DNA of 63,839 nt, filler included, from Octopus bimaculoides (Eukaryota), in assembly GCF_001194135.2 (NCBI RefSeq). It is 6 parts of 5 records of this genome, joined end to end, with 100 filler letters (N's around TTAATTAATTAA, not from the genome) between each part and the next. Parts side by side here need not be neighbours in the genome. Positions count along the whole stretch, not along the records: positions 40,882 to 55,141 come from NC_068999.1; positions 55,242 to 61,506 come from NW_026322161.1; positions 61,607 to 62,728 come from NW_026344409.1; positions 62,829 to 63,839 come from NC_068983.1; 2 more parts are not named here. One strand, written 5' to 3'. Position numbers and translations under genes: made by a program. Below are positions 50,144-63,068 of the stretch, piece after piece (position 1 is the first letter of the stretch; each line of letters begins with the position of its first letter). The notes beneath the pieces are model-generated. The model was not told the DNA's origin. It was given only the letters and a program-made list of their open reading frames with translations, and searched no databases.

Positions 50144-51759
50144 GTTCCACCCACACGTATGTGTATGCACACGCAATCGCACATATAAAATAACGTGTGT
50201 GTGTATGTGTTTAAGATACATTTTGGCATATTTGTTTGTATGTGCGTGTATGTGTGTCGCGCGCATGTCTGTATGGGAATTTCTTGAAAGAAAAAAAGTC
50301 TGAGTCGTTAGAAAGATAGATTTCTTTCGAAAATTTCCCCAGAAGCTCTTTGTTCTGAGCTCAAATCCTGCCCAAGTTAAATTGGCCTTGTATCCTTTTA
50401 GGTCTTTGGATTAGCATTCATGAACTGCGTATTAACATTTTTCTCGCTCTCTCTGCTTCAGGAAGAAATCACGCGTGGTCAACTGAGAACAGCGGTGCAA
50501 TCTACTGCGTCTAAAATTACCCAAGACGCAATGTGTATCACTTCGCTCTTATGACGAATTCAAAAGAAATTTATAGTTTTTCCTTACCATGATCTTGTAT
50601 CTATTAAATTTCAAATGGATTTTGTTATCGTATCTTCATTAAGGAACTGACGGTTATTGCCCTCAAGCATTTTTTCTCTGTTATCAGTCGCTCTCCGACA
50701 GGTTTATGGTCGAGCCTCTGGCAGATGAGACCTCCGATATATATCCCTGAATTATATATCCCTGCTCATCGCTATCGGGGTGGAAGCTGCTGTCCTCAAG
50801 TGCGTCACCGTCGTATATCCTGGGAGGCAACGCCTTTTCTATTTTGTAACCTGGTGCCGTTGGAAATGTTTCTATATTATGGGAAGCAAGATCCTTCGTT
50901 AGTCCTTCCATTTTGGCTCGATAAACTAAGAACCAATTGAGCAAGGGTGGTGGTAGGGGGGGTCTATGTAATTAGCTGAGCACCACTCTTCAAATTGCTG
51001 GCCTTGTGTCAAAATTAGAAAGAATTAATTAACTAAGTTCTAATATTTGATACAGGAGGATCGTTCTGTAAGTAATTATGTATGAGTTTTTGGGAGCAAT
51101 GAGTGTCTTCACCTCCTCTCTGCAGCACAAATTCCTGTATGTCTTTTTTTTTTTAAGTTGCTTTATTTCATTACCGGCATTTGCAGTTAATCAATGACGT
51201 CTTTGGATTCTTCTAGTACTACACGTTGATCGAAAAGAAAGAAAGAAAAAGATAAGATGATATATATAGCAATCAAATTCAACACGGATTATTGAAGTCT
51301 GAGAGGTGTACAAGATGTTTTGGTTATAATATTACAGAATGCTCTTGAGTGGAAAAGTTTTCGTTGCAAGAATACACTCTCAAGAAAAAGAACAAAAAGA
51401 ACTGAAGAGCACTTACGAGCAAACAAGTAAATACACCAAGAAAATGATTTTTAATAAAACGAAAATAAATAAAATATTTCGAGATTTTTGTAATTAGATT
51501 TGAAAACGTGGTGTTTAAAATTCTTCAATTTTCTAATGTCGCTTGTTTTTGTTTGATATTTCAATGGATGTGTTGCAAATGTCATCACGTGAGATGTTAA
51601 CAGCATGGGATTTTAAACTCGTATCTTAAAAGATTACAGCGAATGAAGAACTCTACTGCTTCAGTTTTGAGTTGAATTCTTGCGTTTGTTGCTAACCAAA
51701 CAAAACTTGTTGCAAATTAGATAACGTCGAATATTTTCAGTGAATGGAAAACAGATACG

Positions 51760-51850
<91 letters not shown>

Positions 51851-51857
51851 GCATGTT

Positions 51858-51893
<36 letters not shown>

Positions 51894-52487
51894 CATACAA
51901 ACGCGACCACCTATGCTTACTTACTGAACTTGTACCTCGTGTTAACGGAATATCAACTTTACGAAAGAACGACATTTAACGCATTATAAGCAATACATAG
52001 ATATATTATACACAAATACGAAAGTCTTCACATACATAAAGTCTGCACATAAGTGTATACAGTTGCATCGTTAAATAAATACACACGCGTTTACATAAAC
52101 ATGCATGCATATACAGCAGAATATATACTCACATGTAGATTGTCATATTTACACAGATACATGCATATACCCACATAAAAATATATAACCGACTTCGAAG
52201 CTCTACGCTGGAAGATGCTATGATTTTAATATATTGAGACTTCTGAGAAAAAATGAGAGAAATTATATTAATGTGTCCAACTGATTAAAGTTCTATTTAT
52301 TTATTTAGTTGTACAGCTGATGATGGCACTACATTTAAATTGATGTAATGACCGCACTGTTCAATTAAATGGAGCCGCTTGAAACGGTCGTACTGCATTA
52401 CTACTTGATATCCTGTTGCTTATTTTGATTTATACAACTTACTTCGAACTGTGCTTCAACTTATGTAACAAATTCAACTGAATCACA

Positions 52488-52575
<88 letters not shown>

Positions 52576-53240
52576 AGAATAAGGGCNNNNNNNNNNNNNN
52601 NNNNNNNNNNNNNNNNNNNNNNNNNNNNNNNNNNNNNNNNNNNNNNNNNNNNNNNNNNNNNNNNNNNNNNNNNNNNNNNNNNNNNNNNNNNNNNNNNNNN
52701 NNNNNNNNNNNNNNNNNNNNNNNNNNNNNNNNNNNNNNNNNNNNNNNNNNNNNNNNNNNNNNNNNNNNNNNNNNNNNNNNNNNNNNNNNNNNNNNNNNNN
52801 NNNNNNNNNNNNNNNNNNNNNNNNNNNNNNNNNNNNNNNNNNNNNNNNNNNNNNNNNNNNNNNNNNNNNNNNNNNNNNNNNNNNNNNNNNNNNNNNNNNN
52901 NNNNNNNNNNNNNNNNNNNNNNNNNNNNNNNNNNNNNNNNNNNNNNNNNNNNNNNNNNNNNNNNNNNNNNNNNNNNNNNNNNNNNNNNNNNNNNNNNNNN
53001 NNNNNNNNNNNNNNNNNNNNNNNNNNNNNNNNNNNNNNNNNNNNNNNNNNNNNNNNNNNNNNNNNNNNNNNNNNNNNNNNNNNNNNNNNNNNNNNNNNNN
53101 NNNNNNNNNNNNNNNNNNNNNNNNNNNNNNNNNNNNNNNNNNNNNNNNNNNNNNNNNNNNNNNNNNNNNNNNNNNNNNNNNNNNNNNNNNNNNNNNNNNN
53201 NNNNNNNNNNNNNNNNNNNNNNNNNNNNNNNNNNNNNNNN

Positions 53241-53287
<47 letters not shown>

Positions 53288-53921
53288 CTTCGCATATCCA
53301 TGTACGTCATATGAGCATTGCCATTTTGTTAGTCATATATATGTATGTTTGTGCGTGTGCGTGTGTGTGTATAAGATGAAGAGATCACTTAGATCTGTAA
53401 ACTTTTCTAATACATTGAAATATGCTGGGCAGATTTAGAATTTGTTTTCATGAAAACTTTAACCAAGTTTCTCCATTACATAACCGTTCCCATTTCCTTT
53501 TGTATGCATACAGAAACACAACTGGTTATATATTATGTATGAACTGTTCAAATAATGTCTGCTCCTAAATTTTACAGAGACATCCATGTTTATATAGGAT
53601 AATGTCTATTGAAGATATTCCTACGAACATACTGAAAAATATTTTACCTGATAATTTTATCATATATGTCAACATTAAATGAAGAAAAAATTGACAACTA
53701 AAAGGAATGACTCAAAGAGAGTTTGTATATTATTTATTTTCAGTTACTCATAGAATATAGAAAAAGGAGATTTCAACTGTTTCAAAAAGGGAGACAATAA
53801 GACAATATGAAAGCGAATAGTTTATGTTTCCAAGTTTTGTCTGAGCATAGACAAGAGAGGTTTCAAGTAGCGGTCATGTTTCAAGACACCTCTTTTTTTA
53901 AGATGTATGTATGTATGTATG

Positions 53922-53952
<31 letters not shown>

Positions 53953-55102
53953 NNNNNNNNNNNNNNNNNNNNNNNNNNNNNNNNNNNNNNNNNNNNNNNN
54001 NNNNNNNNNNNNNNNNNNNNNNNNNNNNNNNNNNNNNNNNNNNNNNNNNNNNNNNNNNNNNNNNNNNNNNNNNNNNNNNNNNNNNNNNNNNNNNNNNNNN
54101 NNNNNNNNNNNNNNNNNNNNNNNNNNNNNNNNNNNNNNNNNNNNNNNNNNNNNNNNNNNNNNNNNNNNNNNNNNNNNNNNNNNNNNNNNNNNNNNNNNNN
54201 NNNNNNNNNNNNNNNTGGGTGTGGGTGTATGCCTGTGCGTGTGTGACTGTCTTTGTACTGTTTTCCCATTCATGTTCATTCTATTCCTTTCTGCATCATA
54301 ACCGTTCTTTTCAAATTAGTCTTCTCTGATTCAGAAATCTAGAAATGTCCCCAGTTTGACCTTTGTACAAAAAAGACAATGTTTTCTTACTGGCATCATG
54401 TTAAATTTATAACTGTTGGATGTAATCTTTACATTTTTTCAGACAAAATCACTGTTTTAAGAAATATGGAAAATATATAAGTAGCTGCCAATTTTATGCA
54501 CAATCCGATCACCTTTAATTTCTGATCTAACCTTTCACCCTTCAACTAACATTTGACCCTTTAATATCTGACCCTAAAAAGTAACGCTATCCATTTCACG
54601 GATAACTTGGAAAGTCAGTGACTAGCGTTAGGTTAACGCATCAATTTCATAAAATGGTGGATAATTTTTAAAAATATAAGTTTGTGGAAAGAAAAATAAA
54701 CTTCATCAGAATCAAAATTCTGCTAATAAATTAAATACATACACAGACGAACATCCACCACCATCACATGTAGACACACATAGACATACACGTTAACGGA
54801 TTGGCAGTCGTTTATAATTCACTTGTTAATTTAATGTAGAATTTAATAGGATTTTCGCCTTTCACAATAAGAAATTAAGGAAGCATGTAGCTTCAATTTA
54901 AAAAAAGAAAAAGAAAAGTTATTGCAGACCTCAAAAGAGATATAGGAAGAGTGGTGGAATAAAACCAATTTAATTTGTTCCAAAAAAACATCTTAGTTTC
55001 CATTCCATTGCCTTTACATAAATATTTTTCACTCTTATAATATGTTCAAATTGAATAATTTTAATTTACAGAATCGATATCGTTCATAGAAAATACACAC
55101 AA

Positions 55103-55141
<39 letters not shown>

Positions 55142-55241
55142 NNNNNNNNNNNNNNNNNNNNNNNNNNNNNNNNNNNNNNNNNNNNTTAATTAATTAANNN
55201 NNNNNNNNNNNNNNNNNNNNNNNNNNNNNNNNNNNNNNNNN

Positions 55242-57372
55242 GAAATCACGAAATAAGCATTTTCAAGTTTTGTTGTTTTTTCATGGTTGTGATTTCAGTG
55301 AAATAGTTGATACATATAATTTTCTAATCTATACGATAACACAACACATTAGTTCTTAACTGTTTGTTGGAAAATGTGACAAAAGTGACAAATATGACAA
55401 ATGTGTAAGGAAATGTGACATATGTGTGAATAGTTAACTGGGATACCAGAAATTGTCATTTGAAAATTATGGAAGAATTTCATGATTATTTGCAATATTT
55501 TGTGATTTTGTATTTTCTGAGAAAGGTTGTGATTTCAGTGAAATGTTTTGTAAATATAATTTTCTCATCAATCATCTAACGTATGTTAACCAATTAGTCC
55601 TCGAAATGAAAATTGTTTTTCGCAAAAATGAAAAAATCTAATATGTTTAAAGTAAACTGGACAACAGGAAATTTTCATTTTAAACGTTTCTCTTCTTTTC
55701 ATGCTTATTTGCAATATTTTGTGACATTGGGTTTTCTTAGAATGTTTATGATTTGAAGGAAACATTTTGTATATATGATTGTCTCTTCTATCAGATAACA
55801 CATCACATTAGTTCTGAACTTTGTGTTAGAATATATGCAAAATATGGCAAATGTGTGACAATTGTGACAGATGTGTGAATAGTTAATTGGAATACTAGAA
55901 CTTGTCATTTGAAAATTTTGGAAGAATTTCATGATTAATTGCAATATTTTGTGATTTTGTTTTTTCTGAGTAAGCTTGTGATTTCAGTGAAATATTTGGT
56001 AAATATAATCTTCTCATTAATCGTCTAACGTATATTAACCAATTAGTTCTCTAAATGAAAAGTGTTTGTCGCAAAAGGAAAAGTATCTAATGTGTGAGAA
56101 GGAAACTCGACAACAATAAATTTTCATTTTAAACTTTTCTCTTCTTTTCATGCTTATTTGCAAGATTTTGTGACATTGGATTTTCTACAACAGGTTGTGA
56201 TTTCAGGGAAATGTTTCGTATATATAAGTTTCTCATCTATCAGATAACACAACAACACAACACATTAATTTTTAACTGTACGTTAGAATATGTGACAAGT
56301 GTAGCAAATGTGTGACAAAATGTGACAATTGTGACAAATGTGGGAATACTTAACCGGAATAACAGCAATTGTCATTTGAAAATTATGTAAGAATTTCATG
56401 ATTATTTGCAATATGTTGTACTTTTGTGTTTTCTGAGAGTGGTTGTGATTTCAGTGAATTGTTAGGTAGATATAATCTTCTCATCAATCATCTAACGTAT
56501 ATTAATCAATTAGTTCTCGAAATGAAAAGTATTTGTCGCAAATAGGAAAAATATTTAAAGTGTGAAGAGGAAAGTGTATGAATGAATTAGTTCTCAAAAT
56601 GAAAAGCGTTTCTCGCAAAAATGAAAAGTATTTAATGTGTGAAAAGGAAACTGGAAACCAAGAAATTTTCATTATGAACTCTTCTTTTCTTTTGATGCTT
56701 ATTTGCAATATTTTGTGACGTTGGGTTTTCTTATAAAGGTTGTGATTTCAGTGAGATGTTTCATATATATAATTTTCTCATCTATCAGAGGACACAACAC
56801 ATTAGTTATTAACTGTGTGTTAGAAAATGTGACAAATGTGACGAATGTGTGACAAAATGTGACAATTGTGACAAATGTGTGAATAGTTATCTGGAATACC
56901 AAATATTGTCATTTGAAAATTATTTAGGAATTTCATGATTATTTGCAATATTTTGTGATTTTGTGTTTTCTCTGAAAGGTTGTGATTTATATTAAATATA
57001 GTCTTCTCATCAATCATCTAACGTATATTAACCAATTAGTTCTCAAAATGAAAAGTTCATGTTGCAAAAGGAAAGGGGACAACAAGAGATTTTCATTTTA
57101 AGCATTTCTCTTCTTTTCATGCTTATTTGCAATATTTTTGTGACTTTCGCTTTTTTTAGACAGGTTGTGATTTGAGGGGAATATTTGGTATATATAATTT
57201 TCTCATCTATTAGATAACACGTCACATTAGTTCTTAACTGTGTGTTAGAAAATGCGACAAATGTGGCAAATGTGTGACAAAATATGACAATTGTGACAAA
57301 TGTGCGATTAGTTAACTGGAATACCAGAAATTGTTATTTGAAAATTATGTAAGAATTTCATGATTATTTGCA
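55242..57372. repeat. Tandem satellite, ~460-bp dimeric higher-order unit, ~4.6 copies
   Basis: Marker atttgaaaatt..gaatttcatgatta at ~55458, 55907, 56374, 56911, 57336; each unit has two related subunits sharing ttttct..ggttgtgatttcagtgaaat..tataat.ttctcatc. Confidence 0.95.
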
Positions 57373-59180
57373 TTTTCTCTTTTTGCATTGGTGACTTTTT
57401 TGTAACACTCATTTGAGAAATTTCGTCTTAATATACGTTAACTGGTAGATGTAAAGAGTAGATGTGAAAGCTGTCTTAGAAAACATTATTTTCCAATTTA
57501 CTACTTGAGACTCATTTTTCTGACAGGCGCATCTTTCTTTGAGAAGTAATGTGTTTATATATATTAATATTGGTATATATTGCTAATCTGCATGAAATTG
57601 TGTGGAAATTTCAAAATGAATTCTTCATGTTTTCCCATTTACTGTTTACTCCTCTGTGTCTAACACTCATTTGATTGAGAAGTAATGAGCTTATATACGT
57701 TAACAGGTAGATGTGAAGAGTTTATTTAGTAAACGTTTCAATGAAATCTCAAGCTTTCTTAGAACCACGAACTTACAATATGTAAATGAGCATGAGTTCG
57801 TTTGGCAATTTTGAATGAGAAGTAATGGGTGAATATACGTGAATTGATAGTTGTGTAAATTTTATTTACCCAACATCTGAAAACTCAAACTTTCTTAGAA
57901 AACATGGAGTAGCAAAATGTTGCACATCGGCATCTAATTGTACAGTTATTTGTAAGTGAAAAATTATTGTTTTCTTGTTTACAATTTACTCCTTTTTGAT
58001 GCTGACTTCCAACGTTTTCCACGTTCACGTTTCCTGTGAAAGGTGTGGACTTCAGGGAATATATATAATTATCCCAGTTATTTTGTAATGTATATGAATC
58101 TATTATTTCGGAAAAATTCAGGAAAATTGAAGGTTACTAGTGATAAATATCAACCGAAGAAAACAATACTTTTTCATTACAAAATTTGTTGCTGATATCC
58201 AACATTTTCGGGTCGTCATGTTTTCAGAGATTTCCTACATTGTTGGTCTTCAGGTTTTCTTTGAAGAGTGAGAAATTCAGTGGAATGTCTGGTAAATATA
58301 ATTGTAGTTATTATTCAATATATATGAATCCATAACTTCTAAATTTGAGAAGTAAAATTAAGAAAATTTTGACACTAATGATGAATATCAAGAAAACACC
58401 AAGTCTTCATTACAAATTTTCTGACGCTGAAGTCCAACATTATAGTTTGTCATGTTTCTGAGAAAACTTGAGATTTAAGTGATTTCTACCACTATTCCTT
58501 GAATGTGAAAATTATGAGGACGAAAAATTGGAAGTCACAAATAAGTATTAGCCTGAGAGAAGAAAAATAATTCTTTCCAGCATTTTCCGTCTTTAGGTTT
58601 TCTTTGAAAGGTGTGGTCTTCAGTTATCTTATAAACTATATGAACCTATTACTACGGAATCTGACAAGAAGATCTTAGGAAAATCGAAAGTCACTAATGA
58701 TGAATATCAGTCTTAGAAAACAATAATTTTTCCTTATAAAATCTTCAGATTTGTTGCTGGTTTTCGGTCGTCATGGTTTCAGAGAAGGTTGAGATTTCAG
58801 TGAAATGTTTGCTAGATATTATCATCACATTAGATCATCTATATTAACACATTAAATCTTAATCTTATTGTGTGAATGAGAAATCTTCTTAGAAATGAGT
58901 ATCGGCCTGAGAAAAGAATATTTTTTCATGTCAAATGTAAAGTTTCATGCTGATTTCCATTTTCAGTAATCATGGTTTCTGAGAAATGTTGTCACCAGTG
59001 AAATATTTGGCAAATGTAGTCTCCACAGCTGTTAGTAAATGTACATAAACTCATTAATTCTTCATCTAAACAAAGTACCATTTTCTGTCATCATATTCTC
59101 TGAAAAATGTGAAGGTTTCAGTTAATTGTTTCGTAAATATATTCTGCCCAGCTGTTAGTGAATAAATATTCACGCATTAC
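57373..59180. repeat. Older, diverged monomeric satellite flank
   Basis: ~150-bp units (gagaagtaatg..atatacgttaac..cttagaa), then ~190-bp units retaining the tttc.gagaa.g.tg.gatttcagtgaaat core (e.g. 58794-58806). Confidence 0.75.
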
Positions 59181-60099
59181 TCGTTGATCTGAATAAAGTA
59201 CTTACGCTATAGGAGGTAGAATATGTTTATACACAACTAATGTAGGCTGGACAAAACGAAGTCGGAAGACTTCAACCACCTGTTGTCAATCCCAGCCATG
59301 ATGCCGTGGCCAGAAGTATTCGGAACAAGATAACAAAAGAGGCGATACATATAGACGATGTTCACTATATTGAAATCATTCTATCAAAAAAATATCGGTG
59401 AAGTATAAAGTAAAAACAGCCATATAAATTCTTGTGTGAAACCATCAGGAAAAGATACAAGTGTGAGTAATACGCAATAACTAATGATGAAATAACTTAA
59501 TGGATGAAATCTAGAATAAAACATGCAATTTTATTTCAATATTATCAAATTGCAAAATCAAAAATTCTCAAGATAAAATTCAACACTTTTCAGGTTGAAA
59601 CTTACTAGCTTCCTATACATCTACGAATTGCTGTGGAGTTTATTATATTTCCCAAACATTTGTACATCTCTTTAAAAACGTAAACGCTGAAATTCTTTCT
59701 AACCAGTGTGAAATCATTGGAAAATTGCAAAGTGAAAAAGTATGTGGCAAGTTTTCTCAGTCACAGTTTTTGTTTGAGAAGTAATGGTGTAATATACATT
59801 TATAAATAATTGATGGGAAGATTATAGTTATCAAGAATTTCAGAAAACCAACGTTTTAAAAAAACTGGAAACCTTCCTATTCATAATAAAATAATGACAA
59901 GGAGAATGAAATAACTCGAAAATTGCAAAACTTCAATATTTGTAACCTGGCAGATTGAACTTTGTCAAACGTCCACAATGATATTGCACATTAAACGGCG
60001 CATACTACTTTTTTTCTCTCTAGTCGACGCACATCTTAATTCAGAGCTCTGGTCTCACTGACTTGGAGGATACCCATTCGTACATTAGCATTATACAAT

Positions 60100-60400
60100 C
60101 TACTTTTCTCACCTTCCTCCATCCTTTTTTCTATTCAGAACATCCTACACCATTGCTAATTCAGAACATCCTACACCATTGCTAATTTGGCCAGAAACTA
60201 TCCACAATCTCAAGAAAGCCTCCTGGGTATTTGAAGGCATCTAAATCCCGTGTATCCTCATTGTTTATTCCTCCTGCACATCTGCCACATACAAAGACAA
60301 CTTTATCTGTTAATCTACCTGTGATTCCGTTACACCACGCATTCCTTCAATTCAATTCCTCTTCATTGCATTGTTGTAACATGGACTTAAAAGCTCGTGT
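60100..60400 (-). mobile_element. Diverged RTE LINE fragment covering the PHD-like insertion
   Basis: Minus translation CNGITGRLTDKVVFVCGRCAGGINNED..LEIVDSF; 26-bp tandem duplication at ~60135-60186. Confidence 0.75.
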
Positions 60401-60504
60401 TTGGAATTTGGAAGAAACCTGTGAATTTACACAAGCATATAGTTATTGAGATATTTTCTACTACCATTATTTGTATGATTATATTGTTTACATAGATTAT
60501 GTAA

Positions 60505-60656
60505 TTTCATAATGGGCACTGCGCACATACTACGCAAAACACTTTCAATACAGTAACCATAAGAGCACCACAGCAAACCACAGCACATACCCAAGGCACA
60601 CAGAGCTGCGCTCGGTAGTGAAGTGAAAGCACGTTATAAAAATAAAGCTACTGAAC
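60505..60656 (+). mobile_element. 3' end of R4/Dong-like family B
   Basis: IMGTAHILRKTLSIQ* then a 3' UTR ending in (AAT)n at ~60657-60683. Confidence 0.85.
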
Positions 60657-60683
60657 AATAATAATAATAATAATAATAATAAT

Positions 60684-61506
60684 AGACCTGTCAGCAACTA
60701 AAGACACAGAAACACTAATACTGCCTATCAGTTAATGTAACTGATAGGCAAAGTGAAATCCGCCCTGAACCAACCATAAACACTAAGGCAGGTGAAAATA
60801 AAATAGATGAAGAAAGTCATACTGAAATCAACGCAACAGAACTACATGATCTAAAAAATCAAATCATGATTGAATGGCTGAAAATTAAAGAAACCAGTAT
60901 GAATGAACGCGACACTCTCCCAAAAATTCGCAATTCTAACCAAAACCCGAAAATAATTGGTAAAATCCGCCTTGCACTTAAGGATATAATTTCAGCTAAT
61001 GATGTTGATATTACCACAGATCTCAACCACCTGTACTATGCATCCGCAAAACGACAACACTCCCACAAAAGCCTTCTTGGCAAGAGCGCATTCAACACCA
61101 AATTAAGCTACTGATATAGAATGTTTGAAAAATCTTAAATTTGACAAGATATCAAACCTACAAAGACCCAAAAACTAAAGAAAAAATATAATGTGAAGAC
61201 CATAGTTGACATTGATGCCACCATAGAAACCATCAAGCAAAAGGTATGTACTAAAGCTGCCCGTATAGCAAGATGTTCAAAAATAACCCCAAAAATTTCT
61301 ACAGGAAGATAGGGAAAACGCCAGTAACAATAAAGTCTGTCCCATCAAAAGAAGTGCAGGAATTTTGGAATAAAATCTGGGCAGAAGATAAAACACGCAA
61401 TGAAAAGGCACCTTGGATTGATAGAATATCTACAGACTTAGACTCCTTAGAGGAGAACAAGTGGGAGGGGGTCAAGGTAGAAGATATAAGATCTGCTCTC
61501 AGGAGG
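60684..61506 (+). mobile_element. R4/Dong-like LINE N-terminal ORF region (frameshifted)
   Basis: ERDTLPKI..LNHLYYASA and FKNNPKNFYRKIGK..EVQEFWNKIW..APWI are typical pre-RT segments of R4-clade ORFs; starts at an (AAT)n tract. Confidence 0.8.
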
Positions 61507-61607
61507 NNNNNNNNNNNNNNNNNNNNNNNNNNNNNNNNNNNNNNNNNNNNTTAATTAATTAANNNNNNNNNNNNNNNNNNNNNNNNNNNNNNNNNNNNNN
61601 NNNNNNG

Positions 61608-61923
61608 CTTTCGTCTAGTTCTCTTATTTCATTGGCTTTATCTAGAGTGATGTTGCAACTTTTAACTAGTTTTCCTCTTTTCATGGTTGCTTTGGCACAT
61701 TTTTCTAATCCAAATTTCTTATCTATTTCCTTGGTAAATACATGTACTGCTTGTAGTAGTGTTTCCAGCTCTTTATCATTTCTAGCGTATAATTTTAGGT
61801 CATCCATATATAAAAGGTGGCTGACTGTTTTTCCGTAGCATTTGTATCCGCATCCAGTTCTATTTAGCAATTCAGTTAAAGGTGTGAGTGCCAGGCAGAA
61901 CAGGAGTGGAGAGAGCGTGTCCC
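61608..61923 (-). mobile_element. R4/Dong-like RT core fragment
   Basis: DTLSPLLFCLAL..SHLLYMDDLKLYA..FGLEKCA; 5' junction at an (ATT)n tract. Confidence 0.9.
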
Positions 61924-61935
61924 TATTGTTATTAA

Positions 61936-61993
<58 letters not shown>

Positions 61994-62642
61994 GAGTGAG
62001 GGAGCAGCGCATGCCATCAAAGTGACAGTGGCGTAAAATATACGAAGCCCAATATACCCATCATGACTACCCGTCTGATATGGGTACACCAGACACATGC
62101 ATCACAACCACATGAACGCGACATGGTGATCTCATATCAAGATAAATAGCGCATGACCTTGCTGGTGGGACCCGGTTAGAATTTTCTTCAGGTTGAGTAG
62201 TCCATCCCGCTCAAATGGTCCCTGAATAAGGGTTGTTTAAGGATGATAAACAAAGCACCCATGTTTGCAAAGGTGAATTATTCAAACCCCAAAGAATTCC
62301 TCTCAACACATGGTCATGATGCTCCCCCACTACTTCTACTCATGATCAGAGATGCACATATCGTCACCCACCAAGGGACATGCTTAACTGGTTAAAGTCA
62401 AACAACTGACAAGCAAATCTGTGGTATTAAGCAGAANNNNNNNNNNTCTACTCATGATCAGAGATGCACATATCGTCACCCACCAAGGGACATGCTTAAC
62501 TGGTTAAAGTCAAACAACTGACAAGCAAATCTGTGGTATTAAGCAGAATATTTACTGTAGCCCATCTTTTATACCAAGACAAAACAATGTACATGATAAC
62601 ACTTCCAATTAATTAAGATCAGAAGCCATGAGGACCAGTGCC
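61994..62642 (-). mobile_element. ~550-650-bp non-coding retroposon-like element ending in (AAT)n
   Basis: No ORF; the 3' end ..cactttgatggcatgcgctgctccctcactc(AAT)n is repeated at 63069-63106. The internal duplication at the 10-N gap is probably artefactual. Confidence 0.6.
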
Positions 62643-62657
62643 TTCTAGTATTATTAT

Positions 62658-62728
62658 TAATCGTTAGCACGCCGGGCGAAAGGCTTGGCGGTATTTTCTC
62701 TGCCGTTACGTTCGGAGATCAAATTCCG
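62658..62728 (+). mobile_element. Second-family SINE head
   Basis: aatcgttagcacgccgggcgaaaggcttggcggtatttt..gatcaaattccg. Confidence 0.75.
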
Positions 62729-62828
62729 NNNNNNNNNNNNNNNNNNNNNNNNNNNNNNNNNNNNNNNNNNNNTTAATTAATTAANNNNNNNNNNNNNNNN
62801 NNNNNNNNNNNNNNNNNNNNNNNNNNNN

Positions 62829-63010
62829 CAAGCAGACTGCACATGGAGACAACATGATCGATGGTCTCATTTTGTTGTTGGCATATACGACATAATGGGG
62901 AGCTGCCGTTCTTTAATATGTTGGCCTGGTAGTTCTTTGTAGGTAGGCATTGATCTTGGGCTGCTATGATAAACCCCTCTGTTTCTGATTTCAATCAAGA
63001 GGCCATTAAC

Positions 63011-63014
<4 letters not shown>
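62829..63014 (-). mobile_element. 5'-truncated R4/Dong-like LINE (family A), zinc-knuckle region
   Basis: LKSETEGFIIAAQDQCLPTKNYQANILKNGSSPLCRICQQQNETIDHVVSMC (C-x2-C..H..C knuckle); near-identical to 43163-43247; abuts (ATT)n. Confidence 0.9.

Positions 63015-63068
<54 letters not shown>

Noticed and set aside
7-54329. Long ORFs with X runs or poly-IY/CV/HT/LSIY/N/K/S tracts
   Set aside because: They are produced by N gaps and microsatellites lacking stop codons and are not evidence of genes.
54525-54580. Telomere-like ctaacc/tgaccct motifs
   Set aside because: Only a few degenerate, non-tandem hexamers; not a TTAGGG array.
55242-59180. CRISPR-like or C2H2 zinc-finger-array reading of the satellite
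   Set aside because: Units are 150-460 bp with homologous spacers, there are no cas genes, no 84-bp period, and all frames have frequent stops.
59240-59400. HLLS../HDAVARSI peptide resembling an RLE-LINE knuckle; similarly IPIEETV at ~7315 (Penelope RT-like) and LPKI.. at ~23360
   Set aside because: Matches are too short and degenerate to support by eye.
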